This document shows, piece after piece, positions 39,531-48,204 of a DNA stretch of 48,936 nucleotides. The translations under genes were made by a program, and so were the position numbers. The notes under the pieces are model-generated. The model saw nothing but the letters and a program-made list of their open reading frames with translations. It was not told the DNA's origin and did no database searches. Each line of letters starts with the position of its first letter. The first letter of the stretch is position 1. The stretch is from Betaproteobacteria bacterium (lineage in GTDB: Bacteria; Pseudomonadota; Gammaproteobacteria; Burkholderiales; Burkholderiaceae_C): the NCBI GenBank assembly GCA_947448675.1, contig CANFOR010000001.1, forward strand, positions 1 to 48,936, given 5' to 3'.

Positions 39531-40279
39531 GCGCGCCAGAGGTGCTGCTGCGCGGCCACGAAATCACCCGCCGCTGGGGCGGCTTGGTGGCGCTCGACAA
39601 AGTTTCACTAACGCTAGAGCGCGGCAGCGTGCATGCCGTGATTGGCACCAATGGCGCGGGCAAATCGACGCTCATCAATATTCTCTCGGGTGAAATTGCG
39701 CCCTCCAGTGGCCGGGTGGAGTTGCTCGGCCATGATGCCACGGGCTGGACACAACCCAAGCGGGCCCAAGCCGGTTTGGGTCGTAGCTACCAGCGCAACA
39801 CCATTTACCCCAGCTTTAGCGTGCTAGAAAACTGCCGTTTAGCGGCCCAAGCGCGCACGCAAAAGCCCTGGGCTTGGTGGAGCAGTGCGCAGCGCTGCAA
39901 CAGCAGCCTAGAGGCCGCACACGCCGCTGCACAGCGCGCTGGATTGAGCGACTTGCTAGAGCGCCCTGCAGGCCTGCTGTCGCATGGGCAAAAGCGCCAA
40001 TTAGAGATTGCCATGTGCTTGGCCACCGCGCCCCAAGTGCTCTTGCTCGACGAGCCTTTGGCAGGCATGGGCGCAGAAGAAACCGAACGCATGTTGGCCC
40101 TGTTAGCGCAGCTTAAAACCCAGCACGCGATTTTGCTGGTTGAGCATGACATGGACGCCGTGTTTCGCATTGCCGACTGCATCACCGTCATGGTCAATGG
40201 CTCGGTGATCTCCTCGGGCACGCCCGATTTTGTTCGCAATAGCGCCCAGGTGCGCAGCGCCTATTTGGGGGAGCACTAG
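39527..40279 (+). CDS. HAAT-family ABC ATP-binding protein, LivG-like
   Basis: Walker A GTNGAGKST, signature LSHGQKRQ, Walker B LLLDEPLAGM. Confidence 0.9.
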   Translation: MSAPEVLLRGHEITRRWGGLVALDKVSLTLERGSVHAVIGTNGAGKSTLINILSGEIAPSSGRVELLGHDATGWTQPKRAQAGLGRSYQRNTIYPSFSVLENCRLAAQARTQKPWAWWSSAQRCNSSLEAAHAAAQRAGLSDLLERPAGLLSHGQKRQLEIAMCLATAPQVLLLDEPLAGMGAEETERMLALLAQLKTQHAILLVEHDMDAVFRIADCITVMVNGSVISSGTPDFVRNSAQVRSAYLGEH

Positions 40280-40280
40280 C

Positions 40281-41003
40281 ATGGCGCAAGAACTGATCGT
40301 AGACGCCAGCGGCATCAACGCCTGGTACGGCTCCAGCCATGTGCTGCACAACGTGGCCCTGCAAATTGCGCGTGGCCAAACCGTGGGCCTACTGGGCCGC
40401 AACGGCATGGGCAAGAGCACGCTGATTCGCACCCTGCTGGGCCATGTGCCCCAGCGCAGTGGCCGCATTGCGCTCTTTGGCCAAGATGCCGCGCAGGCCT
40501 TGCCGCACCAGGTGGCGCGCATGGGCATTGCTTATGTGCCCGAGGGTCGCGGCGTGTTCCCTAACCTCACCGTGCGCGAAAATTTGGTAATGGCTGCACG
40601 CAGCCCCAGCCCAGGCCAAAGCAGTGCAAGCCATTGGTCTTTAGCGCGTGTGTTGGAAACTTTTCCACGCTTGCAAGAGCGCCTGGGCCATTGGGGCGCG
40701 CAACTCTCGGGCGGCGAGCAGCAAATGCTGTCGATTGGCCGCGCGCTGATGACCCAGCCGCAGCTGATCGTGCTCGACGAAGCTACCGAGGGCCTAGCAC
40801 CCCTGATCGTGGCCGAGATTTGGCGCGTGGTGGCACAGATCCGCGCCAGCGGCATTGCCACCTTGATTGTCGACCGCGACTACCGCAAAGTGCTGGCCCA
40901 TGCCGACCACGCCGTGGTCTTGCAAAAGGGCCAGGTGGTGATGCAAGGCGATGCAAAAATCATAGCGCTTGACGCACAGCTAGCGGGCTTTTTGGGCGTT
41001 TAA
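40281..41003 (+). CDS. HAAT-family ABC ATP-binding protein, LivF-like
   Basis: Walker A GRNGMGKST, signature LSGGEQQM, Walker B IVLDEATEGL. Start at MAQELIV (40281). Confidence 0.9.
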   Translation: MAQELIVDASGINAWYGSSHVLHNVALQIARGQTVGLLGRNGMGKSTLIRTLLGHVPQRSGRIALFGQDAAQALPHQVARMGIAYVPEGRGVFPNLTVRENLVMAARSPSPGQSSASHWSLARVLETFPRLQERLGHWGAQLSGGEQQMLSIGRALMTQPQLIVLDEATEGLAPLIVAEIWRVVAQIRASGIATLIVDRDYRKVLAHADHAVVLQKGQVVMQGDAKIIALDAQLAGFLGV

Positions 41004-41032
41004 CGGCCCCAAAAGCAGGCTAAAAAACAGTT

Positions 41033-41665
41033 TTAACGGCCGTAGGTAGCGGTAAAGCTGGCCTTGCCCAGCAGGTTAGCGCCCAGACCTTTGTTCAGCA
41101 CAAACGAGTAGAGCGCAGCGGTGCCGGTTTTGGGCACGCCACCGGCTTTTTGCACGTCGTCTACCGCCAGTGCGTAGAGCGTAAACACATAGCGGTGTGG
41201 CTTGTCGCCCGTGGGTGGGCAGGGGCCGCCGTAGTTGCCATTGGCACCCGTAGCGCCGGTGTCGGCAAAGTCGGTATTGCCACCAAAGGCGGGCGCTGGC
41301 AGCGTGGCCGCAGCATTGCCCGCGCCTTGCGCCAAGCCGGTGCTGCTAGCGGGCATGTTGTATACCGCCCAATGCCAAAAGCCGCTGCCCGTGGGCGCGT
41401 CAGGGTCGTGGATTTGCAGGGCCAAAGATTTGGTGCCCGCAGGCACATTGCTCCACTGCAAGGCGGGCGACACATTGCCACCCGTGCAACCAAAGCCGTT
41501 CAAAATAAATTTGTTGGCAAAACTGCCCGAAGCCAAGTCGGGGCTCGACAGCGTAAACGCCGTGCCCTGCGCCTGCACATTGAGCATGCCCAAAGCACAC
41601 AACAGCATGGCTGCAAACAAGTTGGAAGGCCGCAAAGCGCGGGGCAGAGCTGAAAGGGTTGGCAT
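41033..41665 (-). CDS. secreted YbhB/YbcL-family PEBP (Raf-kinase-inhibitor-like) protein
   Basis: Signal peptide ending NVQAQG. PEBP motif HDPDAPTGSGFWHW; GGPCPPTGDKPHRYVFTLYAL. Confidence 0.85.
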   Translation of the reverse strand: MPTLSALPRALRPSNLFAAMLLCALGMLNVQAQGTAFTLSSPDLASGSFANKFILNGFGCTGGNVSPALQWSNVPAGTKSLALQIHDPDAPTGSGFWHWAVYNMPASSTGLAQGAGNAAATLPAPAFGGNTDFADTGATGANGNYGGPCPPTGDKPHRYVFTLYALAVDDVQKAGGVPKTGTAALYSFVLNKGLGANLLGKASFTATYGR

Positions 41666-41743
41666 GCTGGACTCCTGAAAGTTAGGGCTTTAAAGGTAGC
41701 AGCAAATGCATCTGTAAAGCATGGGGCTTATACCCATGTGCGC

Positions 41744-42967
41744 CTAGGCTTGGCCCCGGCACACACGCGCCACATCGGTTAGCGGAATCACCGAGGCCTT
41801 AGGACCAATCGGATACGCTTGTCGAACTGGCGCCACCAAGTAGCTGTGCTGCAAGCCGATGTCTTCGCTCGACTGCCAAAAACCGCGCGCCGGTTTGGGC
41901 GCACTCGAAAACTTGGCCTCAAAGCCCAAGCGCTTGTCGCCCATGGTCAGCACCACGTCGATTTCTGCGCCAGCAGCCGTGCGATAAAAATTCACTTCGG
42001 AGCCCGTGGGCGCCGCAGCCGCAACATGTTCCACCACCATACCTTCCCAACTGGCACCCACCACCGGGTGCCCTTGCAATTGCGCCACCGAACTTATGCC
42101 CAGTAGCGCATGCAGCAAGCCGGTGTCGCGCACATACGCCTTGGGCGACTTGACCAAGCGCTTGCCCAGGTTGGCGTGCAAGGGCTGCAGGCGGCGCAGC
42201 ATCATGGCGTCGACAAACAAGTCAAGGTAGCGGGTAATCGTGGTGTGCGCCACGCCGCCCAAGGCTTGGCCAATTTGCGCTGCATTGAAGACCTGCCCGT
42301 GGTTGTGGGCGAGCATGCGCCACACACGGTGCAAAGTCGTCGCTGCAATGGTGACGCCGAGCTGGGGCAAGTCGCGCTGCAAGAAGGTTTGGATCATGTC
42401 TTGCCGCCATTGCATAGAACGTGCGTCGCTGCTGGCGGTATAGGCCAAGGGGAAACCACCGCGCAACATCAAGCGCTGCAAGCCCAGCAAGGCCGCTTCG
42501 CCTGGGCTACTGCCACCCAAGGCACTGGCCACATCGGGCAACTCTTGTGCGAGCAAAGGCGCAAGCTCCAAGTAGCTCACACGCCCAGCTAGCGACTCCG
42601 CGCTTTGGCGCAGCAACTTGCCCGAGGCAGACCCGAGCAACAGCAAACGGCCAGGCTGGCGCGCGGCATCAATTTGCGGGCGCAATGCTTCAAAAATCCC
42701 GGGCAATGCCTGTACTTCATCGAGCACAAGCAAGTTGTTCTTCTGGGCCGCAAAAAAAGCTTCGACGTCTTGTAGCTGTGCACGGTCCGAGGCGCGCTCC
42801 ATGTCTAAGAACACCGTACCCGGGCTTTGCGCCGCTATGGCACGGGCCAAGGTAGTCTTGCCCACTTGGCGTGGCCCGAGCAACACAACGCCAGGGTAGT
42901 AGCTCAGTCGTTCTAGCGCGGTTTCTAGCTGCTGCCGAGGAATAGAAGGGAATTCATCTGCATTCAT
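41744..42967 (-). CDS. AAA+ ATPase (AAA_14-like) with C-terminal DUF4143 / PD-(D/E)xK-like domain
   Basis: Walker A GPRQVGKTTLA, Walker B LLVLDEVQ. C-terminal ...GAEIDVVL...LGFEAKFS is a D...ExK nuclease-like motif. I prefer the ATG at 42967 (MNADEF...); the ORF-track TTG at 42997 lies inside the palindrome. Confidence 0.8.
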   Translation of the reverse strand: MNADEFPSIPRQQLETALERLSYYPGVVLLGPRQVGKTTLARAIAAQSPGTVFLDMERASDRAQLQDVEAFFAAQKNNLLVLDEVQALPGIFEALRPQIDAARQPGRLLLLGSASGKLLRQSAESLAGRVSYLELAPLLAQELPDVASALGGSSPGEAALLGLQRLMLRGGFPLAYTASSDARSMQWRQDMIQTFLQRDLPQLGVTIAATTLHRVWRMLAHNHGQVFNAAQIGQALGGVAHTTITRYLDLFVDAMMLRRLQPLHANLGKRLVKSPKAYVRDTGLLHALLGISSVAQLQGHPVVGASWEGMVVEHVAAAAPTGSEVNFYRTAAGAEIDVVLTMGDKRLGFEAKFSSAPKPARGFWQSSEDIGLQHSYLVAPVRQAYPIGPKASVIPLTDVARVCRGQA

Positions 42968-43008
42968 AAGCTTGTATTTTGAGCGATGATCGCTCAAAAT
43001 ACAAGCTT
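42968..43008. repeat. perfect 41-bp AT-rich palindrome (20-bp arms, 1-nt centre)
   Basis: AAGCTTGTATTTTGAGCGAT-G-ATCGCTCAAAATACAAGCTT, verified base by base. It extends to 43 bp (42967..43009). It fills almost all of the 47-nt gap between the Nudix-MBL stop (43015) and the ATPase ATG (42967). Arms are 7/20 G+C. Confidence 0.9.
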
Positions 43009-43014
43009 AATTTT

Positions 43015-44697
43015 TTACGAATAAAGCTCTTGCAATCTCTCCACATGCGCCAGCATCGAGCGTTTGGCCAGGGGCCATAGCTGCTGCGGAGTGTCGTCGT
43101 AGGCCAGGGGCACCCACGCATCGAGGTCACCGCTGGGCAATGCTTGCATGGCAGCTTTCACTTTGGCTTCGCGCTTCAGGCGGTGGGCTTTGAGCTGGGC
43201 AATGGCACCGCTGGCGTTGCCCAGCGCGTAGCCGTGGGCGGGCAAAATAAATTCAATGCGGTGCTCGGCGCAGGCCGCTTGCAGCGCGTCGAGTGCGTCG
43301 AGGTAGGCCGTCATGCTGCCGTCGGGCGGGTTGATGATGGTGGTGCTGCCATTCAAGATGTGGTCGCCGCTCAGCAGCAGGCCGTCTTCGACCAAAACCA
43401 AGCACACATGGTTGGCGGCGTGGCCGGGGGTGTAGACCACTTGCAGGCTGATTTTTTCAGCCTGCACAGAGGGTGAATCGCCCGCTAAGGCTCGCGGAAT
43501 AAGCGTAAGCAGCTCTTTATTTTGTAGCACTCGGTCGGGCGTGAATTGCGCCTGGGCGTTCGCGGTGGGGGCAGAGGGCAGGCCCAAGATGGGCGGCTTG
43601 TTGGCGCACAGGGCCTGCAAAGGCTGGGCCGCAGGCGAATGGTCGGCGTGCGAATGGGTGCAAACGATGGCACGGATGTCGCCGCCGGTGGCGTCGATTA
43701 AGCGCTGCACATGGGCCGGGCCCAGCGCGCCTTTATGTGTGTTTTCATACGGCCCCGGGTCGATAACGATGTAGCCCGTGGCCGCCGTGCCGACGATGTA
43801 GGTGTTGGTGCCCGGCCCCGTCATCACGCCGGGGTTGGACGCGGTGAGGCGCTGCACATGCTGCAGCAGGCGCACGGGCTGCTCGTGCTGCCAGTCGAGC
43901 TGGTGCAGAATTTGCCCGTCGGGGCAGACCAGGGCTAGCTCGCCAAAGGGCGCGTCGCCCTCCATGTAGCGCTCTTCAATGCCACCGAGCAAACCCGCAC
44001 GCGGGCAGCTCACCCACAGCGGCTGCTCGCTGGCGCAGGCCTGCAGCACCGCATCTACCGTGGCAAAAGGGGACAAGCGCTCGAGCGTGCGAATGGTCGG
44101 GAAGATCATAAAAAACGTACCCGCCTTTTGCCTCGCCACGGCGTCTGCGGGGCGCACCCACAGGGGCTCGAACTGCTCGGCTTCGTCGGCCACGGGCACT
44201 TGGCCGGGCGGCATGCGGGCCACCAAAAAAGCCACGTCAAAGCGCTTGGGCATGTCGCGGTCGGTGATCCATTGGGCCAGCACGTACACCGCGTCTGCAG
44301 CCAGGGTAAAGCCTTGCGCGGCGCATTGGGCGTAGAAGTCGCCCGTGCGGTCGAGCGCGTTAACGTCAGCTTGCGTGCACCAGCTGCCGTCGGCACGGCG
44401 GGCCAGCAAAACGCCTAGCTCCTCAAAACTCTCGCGCACCGCGGCCAGGGCGTAGGTCATATTTGCTACATTTTGTGTAGCACGCTGCGCGCTCTGGCTG
44501 TGCATTGTGGCGTCTTTTGCATCTACGCCACCGCCTGGGAACACATATGCGCCGGGGACAAAGCTGGCTTTGAGCGAGCGCCGCGTCATCAGCACTTCAA
44601 TGCCTTGCGGGGTGTCGCGCAGCAGCAGCACGGTGGCGGCGGGGCGGGTGGCTACGGGTTCACGCGTAGGGTGCAGGAGTTGATTTGTTCTTACCAT
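43015..44697 (-). CDS. Nudix-like / metallo-beta-lactamase-fold fusion hydrolase
   Basis: 560 aa. N-terminal Nudix-like box (FPGGGVD...AAVRESFEELGV). C-terminal MBL motif (CTHSHADHSPAA, ...YTPGHAANH...). Confidence 0.82.
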   Translation of the reverse strand: MVRTNQLLHPTREPVATRPAATVLLLRDTPQGIEVLMTRRSLKASFVPGAYVFPGGGVDAKDATMHSQSAQRATQNVANMTYALAAVRESFEELGVLLARRADGSWCTQADVNALDRTGDFYAQCAAQGFTLAADAVYVLAQWITDRDMPKRFDVAFLVARMPPGQVPVADEAEQFEPLWVRPADAVARQKAGTFFMIFPTIRTLERLSPFATVDAVLQACASEQPLWVSCPRAGLLGGIEERYMEGDAPFGELALVCPDGQILHQLDWQHEQPVRLLQHVQRLTASNPGVMTGPGTNTYIVGTAATGYIVIDPGPYENTHKGALGPAHVQRLIDATGGDIRAIVCTHSHADHSPAAQPLQALCANKPPILGLPSAPTANAQAQFTPDRVLQNKELLTLIPRALAGDSPSVQAEKISLQVVYTPGHAANHVCLVLVEDGLLLSGDHILNGSTTIINPPDGSMTAYLDALDALQAACAEHRIEFILPAHGYALGNASGAIAQLKAHRLKREAKVKAAMQALPSGDLDAWVPLAYDDTPQQLWPLAKRSMLAHVERLQELYS

Positions 44698-44725
44698 CGT
44701 GCCACTTTACCTGAGGAATTGCCCT

Positions 44726-45724
44726 ATGAACGCACGCCGCCATTTTGTTCTGCGCCTGAGCGCACTCACCGCCTGCCTGGCCGCCGCTGTGGCTGCTACG
44801 GCCCCCGCCTATGCGCAAAGTAGCGCAGGCTGGCCGACCAAGCAACCCATCAGACTGGTGGCGGTGTTCCCGCCCGGCGGCTCGGTCGACCAAGTGGCGC
44901 GCATTCTCTCGGTGCCACTGGCGCAAGCCTTGGGTGCCAACATCATTGTGGAAAACAAAGGTGGCGCGTCAGGCTCCATTGGGGCGCACTTTGTGGCGTC
45001 TGCACCCGCCGACGGCTACACCTTTGCCGTGGTGTTTGACACCCACGGCGTGAACCCAGCGCTGATTCCCAACCTGCCCTTTGACAGCAAAAAAGACCTC
45101 ACGCCCCTGGTGCTGGTGGGTACCTCGCCGATGGTCTTGGCTACCAATGTGGGTAGCGAATACAAAACTTTTGCTGACGTAGTGGCTGCCGCTAAAAGCA
45201 AAAAGTACGTCAGCTTCGGCTCGATCGGCTCGGGCAGCCTGGGCCATGTGGCCATGACCCTGCTGGCCAAGAACGGCGGCTTTGAGTGGACGCATGTGCC
45301 CTACCGCGGCGGCGGCCCTTTGATGACCGACGCAGTCGCGGGCCATGTGCCGCTGTCGATTGGCTCGGTGTTTGTGACCAAGCCGCATATCGACAGTGGC
45401 CGTCTGCGCCCTTTGGCCGTGACCACCAGCAAGCGCAGCCCCGACCTACCCAACGTGCCCACCCTGGCCGAGAGCGGCTACCCCGGTTTTGAAGCGCCTG
45501 CTTGGTGGGCCGTGCTGGCCCCGGCCAAAACCCCGCCCGAGATCGTCAAACAAATGAACGACGCGCTGAACAAGGTTTTGAAGCAGCCCGACATTGCCAA
45601 GAAGCTCGATGCGCAAGGCATTGACGTCGTAGGCGGCACACCCGAGGCGGCGCGCGTGTTCATCGAAAAGCAAATGGACATTTGGGCCAAAGTGGTCAAA
45701 GACAACGGCATCAAGGCAGATTGA
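44726..45724 (+). CDS. Bug-family (TctC-like) tripartite tricarboxylate transporter substrate-binding protein
   Basis: Signal peptide ...ATAPAYAQ. WPTKQPIRLVAVFPPGGSVDQVARIL is the typical Bug N-terminus. About 330 aa. Confidence 0.9.
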   Translation: MNARRHFVLRLSALTACLAAAVAATAPAYAQSSAGWPTKQPIRLVAVFPPGGSVDQVARILSVPLAQALGANIIVENKGGASGSIGAHFVASAPADGYTFAVVFDTHGVNPALIPNLPFDSKKDLTPLVLVGTSPMVLATNVGSEYKTFADVVAAAKSKKYVSFGSIGSGSLGHVAMTLLAKNGGFEWTHVPYRGGGPLMTDAVAGHVPLSIGSVFVTKPHIDSGRLRPLAVTTSKRSPDLPNVPTLAESGYPGFEAPAWWAVLAPAKTPPEIVKQMNDALNKVLKQPDIAKKLDAQGIDVVGGTPEAARVFIEKQMDIWAKVVKDNGIKAD

Positions 45725-45732
45725 TTAAAACC

Positions 45733-46779
45733 ATGTACCAAGCCTCAGCCCAACGCTACGACAACCGCATGAGCTACCGCGCCTGCGGTAAAAGCGGGCT
45801 CAAGCTGCCCGCGATTTCGCTGGGCCTGTGGCACAACTTTGGCGACGCCACGCCCATGGAAACGCAGCGCCAGATGCTGCACACGGCCTTCGACTTGGGC
45901 ATCACCCATTTTGACTTGGCCAACAACTACGGGCCACCCCACGGCAGTGCCGAAAGCAATTTTGGCGCGCACCTGCGGCGCGACTTCAAACCCTACCGCG
46001 ACGAGCTCATTATTTCCAGCAAGGCCGGTTGGGACATGTGGCCCGGCCCCTATGGCCAAGGCGGCGGTTCGCGCAAGTATGTGTTGGCCAGCTTGGACCA
46101 AAGCTTGCAGCGCATGGGCCTGGACTACGTCGATATTTTTTACTCGCACCGCTTTGACCCCGACACCCCGCTCGAGGAAACCATGGGAGCCCTGGCCAGC
46201 GCAGTGCAACAAGGCAAAGCGCTCTACGTGGGCATCAGCAGCTACTCGGCTGGCAAGAGCCGCGAGGCCGCTGCCATCTTAAAAAACTTGGGCGTGCCCG
46301 CCTTGATCCACCAACCCTCGTACAGTCTGCTCAACCGCTGGATCGAAGAAGATTTGCTAGATGCCCTGGGCGACACCGGCATGGGCTGCATTGCCTTCAG
46401 CGCCTTGGCGCAGGGCTTGCTCAGCAACAAGTACTTGAACGGTGTGCCAGTGGATGCACGCATCAACCGGCCCGGCGGCGGCTCGTTTACGCCCGAGCAC
46501 CTGAGCGAACGCAACCTGCGCCATGTGCGCGCCTTGAACGACCTTGCCCAGGCGCGCGGCCAAAGCCTGGCGCAGATGGCCGTAGCCTGGGTGCTGCGCG
46601 ATGCCCGCGTTACTTCGGCCTTGATCGGTGCCAGCAAGCCCGAGCAAATTGTCGAGTTGGTGGGCGCTATGCAAAACCTGGCATTCACGCCCACCGAATT
46701 GGCCGCCATCGACCAGCACGCCACCGAAGGCGGCATCAACCTCTGGCAAAAACCGTCTACCGACCAGCGGCCGGGTTGA
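45733..46779 (+). CDS. yghZ: aldo-keto reductase, YghZ/L-glyceraldehyde-3-phosphate reductase type
   Basis: 348 aa, collinear with E. coli YghZ as I remember it: YR.CGKSGL.LPA.SLGLWHNFG, FDLGITHFDLANNYGPP.GSAE.NFG, YRDELIIS.KAG.DMWPGPYG.GGSRKY, YVDIFYSHR, GKALYVGISSYS, LIHQPSY.LLNRW. Confidence 0.9.
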   Translation: MYQASAQRYDNRMSYRACGKSGLKLPAISLGLWHNFGDATPMETQRQMLHTAFDLGITHFDLANNYGPPHGSAESNFGAHLRRDFKPYRDELIISSKAGWDMWPGPYGQGGGSRKYVLASLDQSLQRMGLDYVDIFYSHRFDPDTPLEETMGALASAVQQGKALYVGISSYSAGKSREAAAILKNLGVPALIHQPSYSLLNRWIEEDLLDALGDTGMGCIAFSALAQGLLSNKYLNGVPVDARINRPGGGSFTPEHLSERNLRHVRALNDLAQARGQSLAQMAVAWVLRDARVTSALIGASKPEQIVELVGAMQNLAFTPTELAAIDQHATEGGINLWQKPSTDQRPG

Positions 46780-46789
46780 GCCTGGCTCC

Positions 46790-48190
46790 ATGCGCGACCC
46801 TTCACGCCGCATTCCGCTCATTGTTGCTGCGGCATTTTTTATGGAGACGCTGGATGCCAGCATCATCGTCACCGCCCTGCCCAGCATTGCGCACAGCTTT
46901 GGCAGGAGCACCTTGGCGCTCAGCCTGGGCATCTCGGCCTACTTGGTGGCCGCTGCCGTGCTGGTGCCCACGGCGGGCTGGGTCAGCGAGCGTTTTGGCG
47001 CGCGCAATGTCTTTGCCAGCGCGGTGGGCCTGTTTACGGTGGCCTCGCTGCTGTGCGGCCTGAGCCCGAGCTTTTGGGCCTTTGTGGCGGCGCGGGTGCT
47101 GCAAGGTGCGGCGGCGGCGTTTATGTCGCCCGTGGGCCGCATGGTGGTGCTGCGCGAGGCACCTAAGAACCACATCATCGAGTCGCTGGGCATGATCGTT
47201 TGGCCGGCGCTGATCGGCCCCGTGGTGGGCCCGCCGCTGGGTGGCTTCATTGCCACCTATGCTTCTTGGCACTGGATCTTTTTTATCAACCTGCCCATTG
47301 GCCTCTTGGGCCTGTGGCTGGTGCTGCGCTACATTCCGCGCCACGCGCCCGGGCCGCGTCAGCCTTTTGACTGGCCCGGTTTTGCCTACACTGCTACAGC
47401 ATTGGTAGCACTGATCCAAGGCCTGTCGCTCTTGGCCGAGGCACCGGGCCAGCGCCTGCTGGGCCTGCTGCTGTGTTTGGCAGGCCTGGGCTTGGGTGCG
47501 CTGGCCCTGCGCCATGCGCGCCACCAAGAGCGCTTGCAAGCCACTCCACTGCTCGACCTGCAGGCCACCCGAGAGCCGGTTTTTATGCTGAGCGCGGTGA
47601 GCGCCGGTCTGCTGGGCCGCGTGGCCATCAATGCCGTGCCCTTCTTGCTGCCGCTGATGTTCCATATCGGCTTTGGGCTCAGCCCCTTTCATGCGGGCCT
47701 GATGCTCTTGGTCTACATGGCGGGCAATTTGCTCATGAAGCTGGGTACCACGCAATTGCTGCGGCGCTACGGCTTTCGGCGCGTGCTGGTGGTCAATGGC
47801 CTGCTGGGCGCGGCCAGCATTGGCCTGTGCGGACTGCTCACGCCTGCGTGGCCCCTGCTGCCCCTGTGCGCCACGCTCTTGCTCACCGGCATGGCACGCT
47901 CGATGCAGTTCACCGCGCTCAACACCCTGGCCTTTGCCGACATCCCCACCAGCGCCCGCGCCGGGGCCTCGACCCTCACTGCCATGGCCTTCCAGCTCAG
48001 CTCGGCCCTGGGCGTGGCTTTTGCCACCCTGGGCCTGGCCAGCGCCACCTGGCCAGGCCACGCCAGCAGCACCAGCCTGGGCAGCTTCCACTGGGCCCTG
48101 CTGTGCTGCAGCGCGCTGATGGCGGCGTCGGCCCTGTGGCTGCTGAAACTGCCGCGACAGGCGGGGGAACAGGTGATTGCGGTGAACTAG
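46790..48190 (+). CDS. MFS transporter, DHA2 (14-TMS EmrB/QacA-like) family
   Basis: 466 aa from MRDPSRRIPL. METLDASIIVTALPSIA and ...GWVSERFGARN are typical DHA2 N-terminal motifs. About 14 hydrophobic segments. Confidence 0.85.
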   Translation: MRDPSRRIPLIVAAAFFMETLDASIIVTALPSIAHSFGRSTLALSLGISAYLVAAAVLVPTAGWVSERFGARNVFASAVGLFTVASLLCGLSPSFWAFVAARVLQGAAAAFMSPVGRMVVLREAPKNHIIESLGMIVWPALIGPVVGPPLGGFIATYASWHWIFFINLPIGLLGLWLVLRYIPRHAPGPRQPFDWPGFAYTATALVALIQGLSLLAEAPGQRLLGLLLCLAGLGLGALALRHARHQERLQATPLLDLQATREPVFMLSAVSAGLLGRVAINAVPFLLPLMFHIGFGLSPFHAGLMLLVYMAGNLLMKLGTTQLLRRYGFRRVLVVNGLLGAASIGLCGLLTPAWPLLPLCATLLLTGMARSMQFTALNTLAFADIPTSARAGASTLTAMAFQLSSALGVAFATLGLASATWPGHASSTSLGSFHWALLCCSALMAASALWLLKLPRQAGEQVIAVN

Positions 48191-48204
48191 ATTTTGGCGT
48201 TTTA

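Noticed and set aside
40999-41042. Direct repeat (G)TTTAACGGCC at the ends of the convergent livF-like and PEBP genes.
   Set aside because: It is a 10-nt match that includes both stop codons (TAA / complement TTA). There is no hairpin potential beyond 6 bp with a 30-nt loop. Likely chance.
46802-48091. 429-aa minus-strand ORF antisense to the MFS transporter gene. Similar long antisense or alternate-frame ORFs occur at 31761-32975, 33018-34175, 33044-34126, 9747-10289, 23529-24395, 24861-25652 and 537-1034.
   Set aside because: Their translations are Arg/Ala/Gly/Pro/His-rich low-complexity sequence with no motifs. They lie entirely inside genes whose own frames carry strong family signatures. 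Long stop-free antisense frames are expected in high-GC DNA.
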